A DNA stretch of 63,017 nucleotides, the filler included, from Rhabdomonas costata (Eukaryota), in the NCBI GenBank assembly GCA_019059605.1. It is 51 parts of 51 records of this genome, joined end to end, with 100 filler letters (N's around TTAATTAATTAA, not from the genome) between each part and the next. Parts side by side here need not be neighbours in the genome. Positions count along the whole stretch, not along the records: positions 59,408 to 60,543 come from JAHMHO010026759.1; positions 60,644 to 61,780 come from JAHMHO010026760.1; positions 61,881 to 63,017 come from JAHMHO010026761.1; 48 more parts are not named here. One strand, written 5' to 3'. The stretch's first letter is position 1; the number at the start of each line of letters is the position of its first letter. Of the stretch, positions 60,290 through 63,017 are shown piece by piece. The translations under genes were made by a program, and so were the position numbers. The notes beneath the pieces are model-generated. The model saw only the letters and a list, made by a program, of their open reading frames with translations, made no database searches and had not been told where the DNA came from.

Positions 60290-63017
60290 GTGCGTTTTGT
60301 CTCCGTGATGGGAGTCGGCAAGAAGGAGAGTGTGTGTGTATGTAGCCTAGGACTTGAATCTGTGTGCACTGGGAGCCGATGGGCGCTGTACCCTGTGCCA
60401 ATGGACAGCAGGCGGAGATGAGAGTTGTGCGGGGTCCCGCGAGACAAACAGTGGACGCTTTGGACCCGCTCCCTGTCCGTGAGTCATGTTAAATAGGAGA
60501 GAGAGTGATTTCATCTGCAAACTACAATATCCAAAACCAAACANNNNNNNNNNNNNNNNNNNNNNNNNNNNNNNNNNNNNNNNNNNNTTAATTAATTAAN
60601 NNNNNNNNNNNNNNNNNNNNNNNNNNNNNNNNNNNNNNNNNNNTGTGTTGGGGTGGGGGGTCCATCTTTGTCTCCGCGTCCTTTGGAGAACATATGTGCT
60701 GCTCATTTTCATCCCGCCGCTTTCCTTTTTTTCGTTATTTTTTCTTTTTCTATTGGGCTGGTGTGGGGCTTGGGGCTCTGTCGAGTTTGGTGAGATAGAA
60801 AGGGATGGAAACTTCGTCCCTAATACGAAGACAGCCGCTCCTCGTTTGCGGGAGAGTTTTGGTTGCCTTGGCTTGCCTGCAGTTCCTGGGTGAGCACGAC
60901 TTCCCTTCTCATTTCCCACATCGTGGTCAATAGCAGCTGTGTGCGATCGCTTCAGGTCCCCAGACACGCTGCTTCTTCTCCCGTGACCCCGTTACCCCAG
61001 TCCTTACAATGCTTCCGTTGCCTTTCCTTGTGTTGGTGTTGAGTAGTAAGCTCAGCTTGCGCTGCGCACCACCCATCACCTGCGCCCCGCTCGGTTTCAT
61101 ATAGTCAACCGAGAAGGAAATCATGCTCGGGGACTGCGTTCTTCAAATCTTGTGCTTTCTTCTGCGGTTACCACTGCGGTATGTTGTCAGTGGTGCCGGG
61201 GTGCTTTTTGTATTGTATGTCCTTCCGGCTTGTTTTCTTTTCCTTCCTGCTTCTCTCTGGCTGCGCACATGAACCACACCCATATTGATCCGCGCACAAC
61301 ATCTGTGCGGAACTAGAATCACATCCGCCTCTGCAATCAGATTGAGCACCGCGCTCACTCGGGCGGATGTTGGTACCCTCTTGGGGCTTGGCTGTGGAGG
61401 CATCCAGGTTAGCACGGCTTCTGATCGTCCACGCAGTCCCTCCCTCCCCTCCCTTGCCCCCATCACGCACGCGCGTGTCGCAGTCACATACATAACTTGC
61501 CGTTTGACTTGCTTTTCCTTTTCTCGTTTCACATCTTCTCGGCGAGATGCTGGTGGGGAGTGTGTGGGACGGACCTTGAAAGTTTCAAGGTGCATGACTT
61601 TCCAAAGCAAGAGCGTGGTTGCCGGAGAGTGCGGTGTTCATGCCAAGGTTGTTCAGCGTTACATGCTAGTGCGCTCCTGTCGCATGTGCATCCCTTCCGA
61701 ATTCCAAAGCCATTCCCTCATTCTCCAAAAAGAAACTCCGCCTCTCCCTCATGACCCCCACCACCAACCACACCCAACACNNNNNNNNNNNNNNNNNNNN
61801 NNNNNNNNNNNNNNNNNNNNNNNNTTAATTAATTAANNNNNNNNNNNNNNNNNNNNNNNNNNNNNNNNNNNNNNNNNNNNGGGGTAGTGGTAGAGTGAAT
61901 GATAAATCTTTAGGGTTTGGTTGATCTGACGTCGGTCATTGGGCATGGAATCCCCCAAATGCCCATTTCGTCCGCAGACTTCTGAGATGCGCAATGGGAT
62001 GAAACTGATAAGGGTTTTGAATGCTTGCGGAAAGTTGTTCTCATTCAAGCTATGTTTTCCTGTTTTCCCTGACTAAAGGCTTCTGTGAGGAAGTATGATG
62101 GAAAAGATTCTATTTGGTTGAGAAGCGACACTATTCAACGCAACGCAAAAGTGAACATTCCCTTAATGTTCAGGTTCTTTTCCTCCTCTCCTTGTCTAAC
62201 TACCCCTTCATGCGCCCTCTTCGCATGCCTAACCCCCTGTAACGTAGTTGCCTCTTGCGTTATTTTCTCGGTTTAGAAAACCCTTTCGATGTGAAAATCC
62301 AGCTTATGGGATACCGTTGCGCTGGAGGTTCCAAGCCAAACAAATTTGACGGAAACTCCGCACCTTTGGAGGCGACCAAGGTGGCGAAGGCGTGAAGGCC
62401 GGGAGGGTGACAGTCCTCTGTGTAGGGCAGCGGCGAAAGATCTAAGCCCCAGCGGACTTTTTCGCAGAAGTGAGAATAGCCTGAAATGAATACAAGAATT
62501 GCAAAACATGGATGAGCGCAAGAACCTACACCGATTATTGCTGTCGGCGAGCTTACACCGAAGTCACAGCCTGTCTCCAAAGGCAAATGAAATTTACCTT
62601 CCTTTTCAGTTGACAGAGAACGCTAGGATGCTAGTGCGGAAGCCGAACCTTATCTCTCAATCTGTATTGTTGACAGGTACACAGCTCCAATATATGAACA
62701 ACGGGCCAACCATAAAATACCCTTCAACGGTACGCTCTTCAAAAGTGCAGAATGCGAAACAGTGAGCAAGAAACCAATGGTGATCAGTCGCGCATGTCCG
62801 TCCAGAGTCGCAGGCTGAGAAAACCATTGTACCAACTTGAACGGCACATACATCTCCCCACCGTGTTGAATCCATTTTTCTGGTACCGCTTTAAGGTTTT
62901 GAATAGAAACAGAAGAGCGCGGAGAGAGATCCGCCGCCATGATGAGGGAAAAACCACTGTGAAAATTGCAACACAAGCCATTGGAAAGCTTCTGCAGTTG
63001 GTGACAAAAAACACACC

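Larger units (their letters stand above)
1..63017. other. Concatenation of 51 short contigs (about 1.13-1.14 kb) separated by 50 artificial 100-nt linkers N44-TTAATTAATTAA-N44
   Basis: Identical linker recurs every ~1238 nt (first 1139-1238, last 61781-61880). TTAATTAATTAA puts stops in all six frames, and genes are truncated at linkers. Confidence 0.99.

Noticed and set aside
1139..61880. Regularly spaced TTAATTAATTAA with ~1.14 kb unique blocks, suggesting a CRISPR-like array, cassette system or nanochromosomes
   Set aside because: The motif sits inside N-runs and is a six-frame-stop linker. Uniform size reflects length sorting, genes are cut mid-exon, and the end composition has the wrong polarity for telomeres.
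3660..62048. ORFs in the track that end in XXXX-LIN or XXXX-N
   Set aside because: They are translations of the linker. Most other long ORFs (e.g. 5..637, 27443..28201, 33711..34310) are antisense or off-frame shadows of GC-rich exons.
62938..62970. Box C-like TGATGA words here and elsewhere, suggesting snoRNAs
   Set aside because: No matching box D with terminal stem or recognisable rRNA guide. No spliced-leader RNA gene was recognised either.

Overview
This is not one locus. It is 51 unrelated contigs of about 1.13-1.14 kb each, apparently length-sorted, joined by an artificial 100-nt linker (N44-TTAATTAATTAA-N44, stops in all six frames). Nothing can be inferred across linkers, and ORFs ending in X...LIN are artefacts. 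Almost every contig starts G/T-rich and ends A/C-rich, and five carry end-abutting inverted repeats, which points to a degenerate-primer whole-genome-amplified library. The DNA is from an intron-rich eukaryote, most likely a euglenid (inference from an articulin-like VPV-repeat gene, many degenerate class III cyclases, a calpain-like pseudoprotease and GT-AG donors with a pyrimidine at +4). By splicing exons by hand I recognise fragments of: GDP-mannose 4,6-dehydratase, four class III nucleotidyl cyclases (one sAC/ADCY10-like), a calpain-like protein lacking the catalytic Cys, DBP10/DDX54, a NYN-domain protein, an ENT transporter, an articulin, an SLC25 NAD/folate-type carrier, an AIDA-type C2 domain, PI-PLC, an OYE-family flavin oxidoreductase, a HELLS/DDM1-like SNF2 ATPase, a degenerate P-type-ATPase (TMEM94-like) hinge, an exostosin-like protein and a PKDCC/VLK-like kinase. 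There are also relics of a Merlin transposon, a Ty3/gypsy element and three LINE RT fragments. I see no rRNA, confident tRNA, CRISPR array or multi-gene novel system. The best leads are single-gene oddities. All family calls are motif recognition by eye, not database hits.
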